Shown: one piece after another, positions 1 through 11,000 of the stretch
Layout: each line of letters starts with the position of its first letter
Numbering within the stretch: the stretch's first letter is position 1
DNA from: Podarcis pityusensis
Lineage: Eukaryota
Assembly (NCBI GenBank): GCA_964106645.2
Contig: OZ067040.1
Reading direction: 5' to 3' (one strand)
DNA: 64,000 nucleotides
Position numbers and translations under genes: made by a program
Notes under the pieces: generated by a model
The model's database searches: none
What the model was told of the DNA's origin: nothing
The model's input: the letters and a program-made list of their open reading frames with translations, nothing else

Positions 1-764
1 AGTAATAATAGCATGATAATAGTTTAATAGGACATAGGCATCTGGGCCAGTGGTTTTCCCACCCACCCCTCTTCAAACTCTGCTCTAATTGAAAGGTTTA
101 TCCCTGAAAGACAGTGTGACCACAATTACACACATGCTCCTGCAATATGAAGAAGGACATTGGGTGTATTCTAAGGCAGGAGAGGGTGGAAAGAAGATTG
201 GGATCCATTAGGAGATGGATGGATGGTTTTGAAGTACGTAGCTCATCAAGCATTTCTGACCTCCTTGCTTTTTTTTTTAAACCAAGTGCAGCAGCAACAA
301 AAGGGCTGCTCCCACAAACAAATTGGCTACCCGATTTGCATCAGTCAGATGTAAATGTGCACTTGTATAGCAGGTCATTCCACGTATGGTCCATGAGGTG
401 CAACAGGCAACCAGCTCTGCCCCACGAACCACCATTTTGCACCTGGTTCTGGTTAGCAGACCTTGGGGTAGTAGTAAAAAAAAAAGCATATCACATAGGC
501 ATGCCTTCTAACCGCGCGTATCATAGAGTTAAGGTGAGCAGGTGCAAAAGATGGCAAGGATCCTGCACCTTTAATATATGTGTAGAAGAGGGAATTCCAG
601 CAGGTGCAGCTTGCATGAGACCTGCTGAAATTCCATCTTCTACGCAACCATTAAAGCAGCAGGAGTTCTGTCCTCTTTTGCATCTGCCCACCCTAGATGT
701 GTGCAGGTTTAGAACACATGGGGGCTGAGATGAGCAGTTTTCAATTCAAGAAGCCATTGGTTGG

Positions 765-1390
765 CCTCCTCTCAGCAGCCAGAAACATCATAGCCAGACA
801 CTGGAGAGACCTGTCAGGAGGAAGCATGGACCAATGGTACCAAATAGTATGGGAAACAGCCTTATTAGAAAAAACTAACCTATAAGCTGAAACTGACATG
901 GGGACAAATGGAAGAAGACGCCTTCACCCCGGTATGGCTCCCCTTTATCACATACACAGCCCAACAAGACAACAACAAGAATGAAGACAGCACACGAATC
1001 AATATGGATAACCTGATTCAAAAACACCCACCCACCCCACTCACACATGAAAACAAAGTTCACCACAGCCAATCACAAACAAACAACCACACCCTAGGCC
1101 AACCCCAACCTCTCTCGCCACCAAAGAACACAAGCGAATAGCAAAGAGAACCTGCAAAAGCGACGCTCACACAAAACCCCACACAGACATTAAGTAAAAT
1201 AGAAACATCGCCACCGGACCCCACCCCCACTCACCATGCCCCCCTCCACCTCTTCCCCCCTTTTCTTCCTAATGTAACACTAATGTCTCAACAAATGAAA
1301 CTGATCTGTAGAAAATGTAACTTAGAAAAAGAGACATTGAACATACTTTTGTAAACAAAGAAATCTTTACTTAAAAATATGTTAAAAAAA
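765..1390 (+). mobile_element. 5'-truncated L1/Tx1-like LINE 3' end (ORF2 C-terminus, 3'UTR, A-rich tail) in a C2orf50 intron
   Basis: Translates to LLSAARNIIARHWRD..W..VWETALLEK / ..FTPVWLPFITY (frameshifted), resembling non-mammalian L1 ORF2 C-termini. A-rich tail at ~1371-1390. Flanked by a near-identical duplication AAGAAGCCATTGGTTGG (748-764) / AAGAAGCCGCCATTGGTTGG (1389-1408). Confidence 0.75.
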
Positions 1391-1529
1391 GAAGCCGCCA
1401 TTGGTTGGAGCCAGCCCTATAACTATATCTTTATTCTAGTCCTTTTAATGCCATCTTTAATTTCGGAACATCTGGCATTGCTATGCTTGGCTAACAAAAC
1501 TAAAGCACTCTCTCTTTATTATTCCAAAG

Positions 1530-1569
1530 GTACCGGAACTGGAGTTTCTTAAAGGACTACGATCCATTG
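1530..1569 (+). CDS. C2orf50: C2orf50/CIMIP5 penultimate coding exon (..YRNWSFLKDYDPL)
   Basis: aag|G TAC CGG AAC TGG AGT TTC TTA AAG GAC TAC GAT CCA TTG|gtaagt; matches the NWSFLKDYDP motif of C2orf50 as recalled; syntenic with SLC66A3 and ROCK2. Upstream exon lies outside the window. Confidence 0.85.
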
Positions 1570-1680
1570 GTAAGTCAAAGGCGAACACCCTTGTTACAAA
1601 AGGGATGAGGAACTTCAGAGTGGTATAATTAAGGTATTCTTGCCTTAATTATGCTTGTTCGTTTCTGTCTTCTCCCCCCG

Positions 1681-1681
<1 letters not shown>

Positions 1682-1712
<31 letters not shown>
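1682..1712. repeat. (CA)n microsatellite
   Basis: About 15 CA units seen directly. Confidence 0.95.
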
Positions 1713-1714
<2 letters not shown>

Positions 1715-2677
1715 CAATGGACCCTAGCAGGGGTCCACAAACTTTGGAAGTTTTTGGTAGCCAGGCAAACCTTTGCACACCAATGCTATTTCCCACAAAA
1801 GGTTGGGGAGTGCTATGTTCTCATGTTAAGCTTGGGAGATGCTCTGCCTAAGTGCTGGCAGAGGGCAGTATTAATGCCTCCTTCCCAGAAACATGCAGGG
1901 ATTGCATGCTGAGCACAAGGTCTCAGAGATTTTCTTGCCCTTATCCATGCTTGGGTCATGGCTGGAGGAATCACCCAGATGTTTTGTTAGCTTATAGTTC
2001 CCAGTCTCCCATCCAAGGGAGATAGGAGGCTGCTTTATAAAATGACAGACCTACTTAACTTCAGCAGAAAAAAAACTGCCTACAAGTCTCTATCACTGAG
2101 CAATTCTCCTTTCTCTTAAAAAGAGTTTGTTTTACTCTTGTTTGTCTAGGTTTCTTAATTCATACTCATTTTAAATATTATTCAAATTCTATGCAAGGTG
2201 CCTTGCTGTCAGAAGAACATCAAAATCTCACTGCTTTCGGAGATGAGGCTGATGAGATTTCTCCACCCTTCTTCCAAGCACAAAAAAGATATGACTGCAA
2301 AGGGAGAATTGTGGTCACGCTTAAGAGGGTGCTACCAATTCTCTCCTTTTCAGCATGGTGACACTAGGTGACTGGCAGGTGAGGGGCCCCACTCACATCT
2401 GTTCATGTGGCCTGCAGGATGGTGGGGGCAGAAGGAAGAGAATTCTAGATCTGGACCACTAGCTGAATCCAGTTGCCCACCCTTGCCTTACAGAGACTTC
2501 TGGGAACTGTAGTACTGCAGGATATAGACGCCACGTTAACAGTTATCCAATTTTAGTTCATATGTTGAAAACCGGTCTGTAAATACTTGGAAATAAAGGA
2601 AGTAAATGCAGTATTTACAGAAGCATTTTCTGTTTGTTTGAGGCAAGCTCACATAACTTGACGTTTCTTTTACCCAG

Positions 2678-2869
2678 GGCAGGCTAAAAGAACATGAGCA
2701 GCTTCCTGAATACATGTCAGTTTTCTCAGACAAAATTCCCAACACCAGCGGACATGTTATTGGCAGCAGAATGAACACAGATCTCGGCAAAACACTAGTA
2801 AAAATGGATTACTTCCTCAACTATGGCAGAAGAAAAAATAAACTTGGACAGGAACTCCAGGCTTCCTAG
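2678..2869 (+). CDS. C2orf50: C2orf50/CIMIP5 last coding exon (GRLKEHEQLPEYMSVFSDKIPNTSGHVIGSRMNTDLGKTLVKMDYFLNYGRRKNKLGQELQAS*)
   Basis: Acceptor tttcttttacccag, phase 0 matching the previous donor, 63 codons plus TAG. Similar to the human C2orf50 C-terminus as recalled ([33 protein letters not shown]). Confidence 0.85.
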   Translation, partial: GRLKEHEQLPEYMSVFSDKIPNTSGHVIGSRMNTDLGKTLVKMDYFLNYGRRKNKLGQELQAS

Positions 2870-4394
2870 AATCAGAAAAAAGAATTCTACTTCCCTCTTT
2901 TAAAAGAGGAACTACTGCTCTAACTACAACCACCTACAACCAAAAACAATAACATGCTTTCTCTCTCTATATATATGCCATGTTTCCAAAGGCTAGTTGA
3001 AATTCTATCCAAATAAGGCATTTAGTGATTTCAAAGTGGACACCTGAGAACATACGGACCACATTTAATATTTTTAGTTTCAACGTTTTAATAAGTTTAT
3101 GGAGCTGAATCACATTCCAAAAGCTTATTCTGTGCTGAGTTATGTTAGAGAACCAAGAGGTCTATCTTTACCAAATCTGTAATATTTTGGCAGCTTATAT
3201 TTGCTCTACGAAAAACTAAGAGCCGTCTACATTATCTGCCCACAGGCAGTTGCCATCATTATATTATATTCATTGCATCAAAGAGAACCAAAATAACTTT
3301 CACAGTGATATAGTGACCTGTGAAAGGACATGCAATTTAACAGCTATGCAAGTGAGAAATGATTTCATTCAAGGTTACAGTTTGTTCCAAATTTGACCTT
3401 GCATTCTGCCTAAGTTGTTGTGGGGAACAGAAAGCAGTCATGACCTCCTAGCAGACAGTGCTGGCCAGAAGGCTGGCTGGCAGCTTCTGAGCAGATTGTT
3501 AACAAAGCAATTTGCAACGATTTTGTACAAGATCTTCAGAGCAGGGAGAACCAAAGCTGTCCTTTCCCGATGTTTGCTGGACCGCAAATCCCATCAGCCC
3601 CAGGCAGCAAGAATAATGGGAGCTGGAGTCAAGCATCATTTGTAGGGGACCCTGATCTAGAGTCCTAGGACATTATTTGAAGGTCCATGAGGCCACCGCT
3701 TTGCTGAAGGTAAGCGGATCTGGATCAGCTCAATGCCTGGATGGGAGACTGACTGGGAAATAAGAGTCATGGAAGATTGGCTGTACAATGAAGGGTGAGT
3801 TTCTCTCAAATGAAGACTGCATGGATTGCTTCTACGTATCTGCAGCCTTCAGCACCTATTGACTACAACTTCTCTTTACCCTATAGTTATAGCTCCTTTA
3901 TGAACTATCACCAGTTCACCATCTTTCTTAAGCAAAGTGGTCCAGAACATTACATAGCAAAGATCTGGTGGTGCCAAACAGGGGGTGCTTTGAGTGTACA
4001 AAGGCAATCCCTCTCACTGAGAAAAAGTTTCAGGACAGGTCTGTGGATGGCCATACCCAATCAAAGACTAGGATAGTCCCTGTTGTGTCCAGTGCTGGAA
4101 GTGGGTGTTTAAGATTGAGCTGAAGGCCTGATGTGCAATGGCAGAAGAAACTGACCTGTTGTCCAGATAAGGACAGAAAGTGAAGATCCTGGAATTGATA
4201 ATGTCAAATTAAGGAGCTTAAGAACTCTGCCCTAAGCAACTTAAAGGAAGCTGTGTTGGTCTATGAAGTGGGTGGGGGAATAATACACCATCTTGAAAAT
4301 GAATCTAAAAGCTGGCCTTATAGCTATAAAACCCAACTTAACTTCTTGTACTTTTTTATTTCTCCTCATCCCTGTCCTGCACTTTGTGTAACGT

Positions 4395-4480
4395 CTTGAC
4401 AGATGAAGAGTTCAGGAGAACTTGAAAGCTTGCCGCTATGTTACGGCATTTTGGTTGGTCCCAATGAAGGTAACGCCCAA
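4395..4480 (+). mobile_element. Probable Penelope-like element terminal remnant with a degenerate hammerhead-like core
   Basis: CAGATGAAGAGTTC-AGGA-GAACTTGAAAGCTTG...GTTGGTCCCAATGAAGGTA resembles reptile PLE termini (CTGANGAAG..CGAAAGCTT..GTTGGTCCAATAAAAG) as recalled. Confidence 0.4.
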
Positions 4481-6666
4481 CTGTGGGTTTTGAATTCCAT
4501 TCTCATTCATCCACTTCTGTTCACACACATGAAAAAGAAGCCTGGGATTCCCTCCCGCCCCAAGTATCTAATTGCTGGTAAACTACACAAATTATTGCCT
4601 AGGAAACTACTGGAAAGCAGAGGAAAATAGAGTGTCCTAAGGGATCGTTCGGCAGAGGCTTTACGTCCTCCCAGTCCCAGCTAACTAAACTGATTGGACC
4701 CACTTGGAAAGAATTGCCACTGGCTTCCTGTTGCTGGAGCCCTTTTGTGGGAACAAATTGTCCCTTATTTAAAATGCTTTTTAAAAGCACACATTTACAG
4801 CTGGTCATGTACACTACAGCTGATAGAATTCAGCATGCGACGGACCATACTTGTCAAAAGAGTAATAGTACAAGAGTGAATCATTCAATTCAAGCATCTA
4901 CATTTGCAATATGTTGGAAATCCTGGAAACCAGCATTGAAATAAATTTTTCCAGCATCAACTGGCTCTGCCTTCTCTTTATCACTTTGCTGTGGGGTGCA
5001 AACCACTTTCCAGTTGCACCCGTGTTGATCACATCACTGGCCTGCGAAGCCAAGTACTGCCTACCTGACTAAGGGTAGCTCTCCAATCTTGGGGGAAATG
5101 CCTTTCGCAGCCCTGATAAGCCCTATTACCTGGGATCCTTGTAAGGGATATGACAGCGGTTGAACCCGTGACTGAAGCTCTGTGCCTCTTATAATGGCTT
5201 AATCCCTTTCTGCCAGCCAGGATCTCAGAAAACCCTGAAAACAGTTTTCTATTGGACTCGAAGGCTTGGTGAGACTGTGTGAAGAAAAAGAACAACACAC
5301 TTTGGAGGATACGTTATGGTGATGTTTTCTTCCTGACTAATTGAATACAGAATAAATAACACTTTGTTCACAATCCTAAAACCACTTAAGGTAACCACAG
5401 AATTCAGTGATGTTGCTACTGAATGCAGAGACTACAACACAAAATACTTAGCGACCTGCAGATGGCACTCAAGGCTGACTTATTTAAAAATGTAGAGATT
5501 TTCTATGTTAAATCGTTTTTATTAATTTTCCAATAAAAAACATCCAGTTAACATATCAACTCATAATCCAATTAAAATAAAAAAACTAAAATAAAAAAGA
5601 CCAAATTATCATCCAAATTATAATTATAAATTTTTCGGGACTTCCCATAGTCTGGACCTTGAAGCATATCTCCAAATCTTGATCCTGCCTCTCCTTTCCA
5701 TGCAACACATAGGTAGCAATATAGAGAATGTTCAGGATTTTATTTCTGTTTTCATCTTATAGTCCGGAGGAAATCAATTGTGCTGATAGGTCTTTGAACC
5801 TAATCACCTTTGATAACAACACTACTTACTATTTCTGTTCAGTGAACAGGTGCCAAGAAGCATCAAACAAAATTATTCAGAACGTTCTTCTAAGTACCTT
5901 TTGGTTCTTCTCCCAACCCCCAAAATAATTTAAAGAGCAATCCTATATGTGACTTCTCAGAAATGAGTCCCACTGAATGGGGTTTACTCCCAGGTAGACA
6001 GGCACAGAACTGCACCCTTAGGCACATTTATAGAGTCAGTTTTTGTTAATCTGCGGTTGAATTCGCACCTCTGCACCCCAGTGGGTAAAGCATAACCAGT
6101 AACAAGGACCATGAGCTCAAGACTGTAGTTGAAATTAATTGATGGGTTTTCTGACAAAATACAAAACCATCAAATAAATAACAGCACGAACCTGTATTGC
6201 CTGTTTCCTACACAGTGAGCTTCCTTGACTGGTTTTCCAATATGCTTCTGTGCTATCATAATTTAAGTTCAAGCTGTTATTTGTTTGATAATTTTGCATT
6301 TTTCACTGTATGTCCAAAAACCCATCAATTCATTTCAATATCAATTTATTATGTCAGGCAACAACTCTCCCCCCCCCCCCATGGCGCTTGGGCTACGCTA
6401 GCTAGAGCTGATGGGTCACAGGGTCCCCCACCACTATTGTAAATTTTTGCATGTCTCCTCTTAGTCATCTTTTTCCTAAACTACAAAAAACGGGGCTTCC
6501 AACTCTCCCTCATAAGGAAAACAGTTCAGCCTTTGGGTTTCCCTTTTCTGTTAAACTGGGGAAGGTTTTTTATTTCCTTGTTATGGATTAGCAGTCCCTG
6601 ACCCCTTAAAATACAAAACAATAACCCCCAAACAAACCATCCAAACAACCAACAAACCAAGAGTCA

Positions 6667-6930
6667 TGTTAAGTTGTGGGTGAACATATCAGATGACACA
6701 GCGATTCTTCAAACAGCTCTTTTTTATTCACAGGCCAGAACAGAACTGAACTGAAGGGTTCAGCCAGCCTGCTTATATAGTGCTCCACTAGAACGCAACA
6801 GTAACCATTTTCTGTAACTATCCAATCACTGAACCTCACTTTCAATCCCTTATTTGCATATGTGGACCTGAGTGAAAACTATCTATAGTATCCCCCTGCT
6901 GGCCCAGAGTGAGAACTTCAGTACATAACA
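6667..6930 (-). mobile_element. Solo LTR (264 bp) with 5-bp TSD
   Basis: Starts TGTTA and ends TAACA; AGTCA duplicated at 6662-6666 and 6931-6935; TATA-like (ctatataag) and AATAAA on the minus strand. Confidence 0.8.
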
Positions 6931-7572
6931 AGTCAGCCACAGGTGGATCTTGCTAGCCTGTTCAGATACAAAATAAGCTATGGAATACGAAGTTGTTAAT
7001 TTCTTTAGGAAAATAAATGTGACACGTTGGTTATAATTACTGTGCTACACAGGCTGAGGACTGTTCTTGGTAATCTTCCGGAGACAAATGTAAGTGTACC
7101 GAACTATTCCATCAGTTATTGGTTTAGGCATTTTTTTAAAAAAAGAATAATTTCATTTTAAGTACACTACAGACATGCTCACGCAAGCAGGCAATATAAA
7201 GCTTGTGGAGAAAGAACAGACTAATCTGAATGAAGATATTTTCGTTCAAAGGATATAGCTCTTAGCTGTAAAGTATTGCGTGGGGGAATCAACAGAAGCA
7301 GGAATTGAAGATTAAATGATGCTAAGGAAAAGCTTTCGCTGCTCTAGCTTTTGAATTACATATAATGTTAGCAGTAATCCCGTTCTGTGACTAATGTGCT
7401 TTTAAGTACTGCTGGCTAAAGATAAGCAAGGAAGGAAAAAAGCACAGAGCACTACCACTGTGCACGTATAGTAAAGGCAACAATCTGTGTGTATTGTTTT
7501 CCTCAATTGCTATTTGGCCAGTCAAGCTGGGGCTCTGGACCTCACATGGCTTGTGAGTTGCAAGCTGCTGCG

Positions 7573-7910
7573 TCTTCTTCTTCTTTGGCGATCACTCTTA
7601 GCCGAGTAAGATTGTCTTCCATGAATATGGTCTTAACAGTGAGTCCGTAAGTGACTGTGGAGGCCAATTCTGGATCCGTACATCCTTCCACAGTGGTGAC
7701 ATAGGTTTCCAGGCAGGAGTTGATCATGGTGAGGGTTTGCCAAACGTGCCTTCCTCTTAGCTCATTTCTCCTTTTCGTCCTGAGTTTGTGCTTCTTCAAA
7801 GTCCACAACACCTTTTGGTAGAGGTTCTTCTCCAATTGGAGCGCTTGCAGGCCAATGTTTCCCAGTTGTCGGTATTTATACTACATTTTTAAAGATTTGC
7901 CTTGAGAGCA
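7573..7910 (-). mobile_element. RTE-clade LINE 3' fragment
   Basis: Minus strand encodes GNLCHHCGRMYGSRIGLHSHLRTHC* (degenerate C-terminal C2H2 finger typical of RTE ORFs; stop at 7633-7635), followed by a short (GAA)n tail. Confidence 0.75.
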
Positions 7911-8584
7911 CCTTTGGAAGATAATAATCAGGCATCTAAACAACATGACCTGCCCAACAAAGTTGATGTTGAAGAATCATTGCTTCAACACTGGCAATCT
8001 TTGCTGAACTAGCACATTAGAAACCTGGATGCAGCAGACAGCCATTTGCAATCAAAGGTGACATCAGGCTGCCCTTCCATTTCATTAAACACATCCATGT
8101 CCCACTAGCTGGTTTAGCAAACATATGTAATCTAAAGCCAAATCTTAAGTTTCAAGCCAAGCAAAACGAGATGGGGTAATTGAAACTATGGGAACATCAT
8201 AACCGTGAGTGCTCAGAAGTCCACTAAATTCAATGGGGCTTACTTACAGATCAAGCAGGGTTAGGATCTACAGCCAGATTTGGGGAAAGTGCAGGGCTTA
8301 AGTGGGGGCAGTGCAGAGTCACACAATCCTTAGGTTTTGAATTCCAGTCCTAGTACGAGCAAATAAGGGTGGGCTTCTAAGCAAGTGAAGACTACCGTTC
8401 TCTCAACCAGCCTCCCCATGTTTTCCTGAACGTTCCAAACCAGACAGTGAGGATTCCAGACATACTTGAGTCCCAATAAAGCTATGGCATGTCATTGCAA
8501 ATGGGAATGTGTCTGGACTGTACTCTAGGGTTGCCAAATAACAAGGTGAAAATACAAGCCCAGTATATTCCCATCTCCAACAGC

Positions 8585-8865
8585 AAGGGGGAAGAACCTG
8601 TGACTTTTCAGATGTGCTGGTCTATGATTCCTACCATCCTTGACCACGGGCTGTGCTGAGTGGGGCTGATGGGAGTTGTAGTCCACCAACATCTGAAGAA
8701 CCACAGGATTACCTGGGACACAAATCAGAGATAGCCAATGTGGCACTCTCTGCAGCATTTTTTTGGCCTACAACCCCCATAATTCCTGACCATTAGCTAA
8801 GCTGGCTGGCAATGATGGTAGCTGGAGTTCAGCAATATATGGGGGGCCACCCCACTGGCTATCTG
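8585..8865. mobile_element. Two degenerate copies of a short foldback hAT-like MITE (ctacaactcccatc...gatgggagttgtag family)
   Basis: Same internal palindromic motif as at 13506-13636; other degenerate copies near 3540, 16435, 19030 and 59890. Confidence 0.5.
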
Positions 8866-9314
8866 ACAGAGAGCATTAGGTGGAAGCCCTTCACAGTGCA
8901 AAAATATAAAACACTGTAAGCTAGCATATACTCATCAAGCTGTTGTTAAACGCTTGAGCTTACAGTGACTAGCTGAGTACTCAGTGTTTCTCCTCAGACT
9001 TGAGTTGTCTGATCCTATGCAACAACATGCTCATTTGGGGATTTGAACCCTGAACTCCCAGGTCCTAGTCCGGCACTCTAACCACTACACCACACTGACC
9101 TCTTAGAGCACTTCTGCTATGGGCAGCTATATAAATTAAGTAGGTAAATAAATGTGAGAAAAGCAAAATGTCACTTAGAGAAGGATCTGAAATATTTTCC
9201 TTGAAGCTTGAATTTGTTTTATTCTGGTTTGATTTATTTGAAGTTTTAATCTGTTGTAAACCACTTTGAGATTATTTCTTTAAAATATAAAGTGGTATAG
9301 AAATGAAATTATTA

Positions 9315-9358
9315 CTATAATGAATAATAATAATTATGAATAATAATAATAATAATAA
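9315..9358. repeat. (TAA)n microsatellite tail
   Basis: Imperfect TAA run seen directly, probably a LINE/SINE tail. Confidence 0.8.
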
Positions 9359-9660
9359 ATGCACATAATAGGCTTGCAACCCAAGTCTGCAACCCCATGC
9401 ACACTTTCCAAAGCAGTAAGATCACACTGGGACTTACCTCTGCATAAACATACAAATAATTCTGCAAGTTGTGCGTAACTTCCAAAGTTGCCTTATTTTT
9501 CCCCCTCTAGAACTCCTCTGCTGACTGGCGAAAAAGAAATTCAACAGGTGCAGCCTAACAGGACAATTGGAAAAACATAACCGGTTGGATATTTGTTTTG
9601 CCGTGAAACACATAAGGGGGGGGGGGACCACGCCCTACCTGTGAGGTGGGGGAAGGAGTA

Positions 9661-9874
9661 CAGTGGTACCTCAGGTTACATATGCTTCAGGTTACAGACT
9701 CCGCTAACCCAGAAATAGTGCTTCAGGTTAAGAACTTTGCTTCAGGATGAGGACAGAAATTGTGCTCCGGCGGCGCGGCGGCAGTGGGAGCCCCCATTAG
9801 CTAAAGTGTGCTTCAGTTTCAGGTTAAGAACGGACCTCCGGAACGAAGTAAGTACTTAACCCGAGGTACCACTG
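9661..9874. mobile_element. Tc1/mariner-pogo-type MITE (CAGTGGTACCTC TIR)
   Basis: TIRs CAGTGGTACCTC / GAGGTACCACTG with TA on both sides (9659-60, 9875-76). Confidence 0.85.
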
Positions 9875-9979
9875 TAATGCAACTGAAAGAGGGTAAGCCC
9901 TGCTTTGCATCAGGTGATGCTGACAACAGTTGTTCCCAGTGCTTTTCTTTATAACGGTACTAAGAACGAACCGCTTTTC

Positions 9980-11000
9980 TTTTGCAACCATTTTCCTCCG
10001 CCACGCACGGCGCTTTGATCAAGCACGGGCACCTCATTAAAACAACAACAAAATGGACTTAAAAAAAAAATAAAACTCACTGGGTTTTGCCAACTGAATA
10101 ACAAACAGCCTGCTTTTTTGTGGCAGGGCGATGCGAAGGAGTTAACTCGTGAGGCTTCCCCCCCCCTCCTCTCCTATTGTGGGCGCGGCCTTTGAATCTC
10201 GGAATAGGATTTTTCGTTTCCATCTGCGCCCTCGCCAGAAATCATTAAAAACAAAAACTAGCTCTCGGGGGGAGGGGTAGATACACTACTACTGCACTAC
10301 TATCAGTACAACAACTACCACTAGTAATAAGAGTGAGGGGGAAAGGGGTGTGAGTGTGCGTGAGAGGAATAACCATAATACCTTTTTGCAATCCGCGCGC
10401 GCCATGCAAGCGGAGAAACAGGCGCCCACGGCGCGCCGCCTTTCCCCCCATCTCTCCTCCCACTGGGCGTTTTCCTCCCCTCGCTCCAGGGCGGCGGAAG
10501 CAGGAGGGAGACGAGCAGGCCGCCGGGGCTGCTGCATCAGCAGCATCTTTTGGGGGGCGGAGGAAAGGGGGCATCGCCATGGGGCCGGAGTCGCTGCTGC
10601 TGGACGTGGCCAACTGGAGCACGATCCTGGTTTGCGGGGTGCTCAAAGTGCCGCAGGGAGCCGCCTTGCTGGCTGCCAAGTCCGCCCGGGGGGTCAGCCT
10701 GGAAAGTTTGGTGCTGGAGCTGAGTGGGCAAGTAAAGGGATCTTTTTAAATTCTGGGCTTCGTTTTTCTCTTGGGTTTCGGAGGAGGGAGAACTCCCGTT
10801 TCTTTCTTGAGAGTTTCCTGGCGCCAAAGCACGCGAGGTCTTTCCCAACTTAGTGTTGGGAGTGGGAAAGCACTCTGAACACGCCCAGAGGCAAGGCACT
10901 CCCCGTTATGTTTTCATTTCCTGAGCTGCTTTCAACTCAAGTTGGCATAGGTCGGGTTCCCGGGCGGGTCTCGCCTTCAGGCGCTGTCTGCTCTCAGGAT
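9980..11000. promoter_or_regulatory. CpG-rich promoter/exon-1 region of SLC66A3
   Basis: CpG and GC content rise sharply relative to the AT-rich flanks; region spans the SLC66A3 ATG at 10579. Confidence 0.7.
10579..10727 (+). CDS. SLC66A3: SLC66A3 exon 1 (MGPESLLLDVANWSTILVCGVLKVPQ...LELSG)
   Basis: Strong Kozak gccATGg; ends at GC donor GG|GCAAGT, which the phase requires. Confidence 0.88.

Noticed and set aside
147-728. 193-aa ORF at the window start
   Set aside because: No recognisable domain, no similarity to the C2orf50 N-terminus, and located in presumed intronic sequence; likely a chance ORF.
2223-2262. CTGATGA within a small inverted repeat, a possible hammerhead
   Set aside because: No stem II plus GAAA box in the required position downstream.
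7542-7835. 97-aa minus-strand ORF
   Set aside because: Off-frame reading of an RTE LINE 3' end; the meaningful C2H2-like peptide is in another frame.
10245-10899. Several overlapping 85-167 aa ORFs on both strands
   Set aside because: By-product of the GC-rich CpG island; only 10579-10727 has homology and splice continuity.
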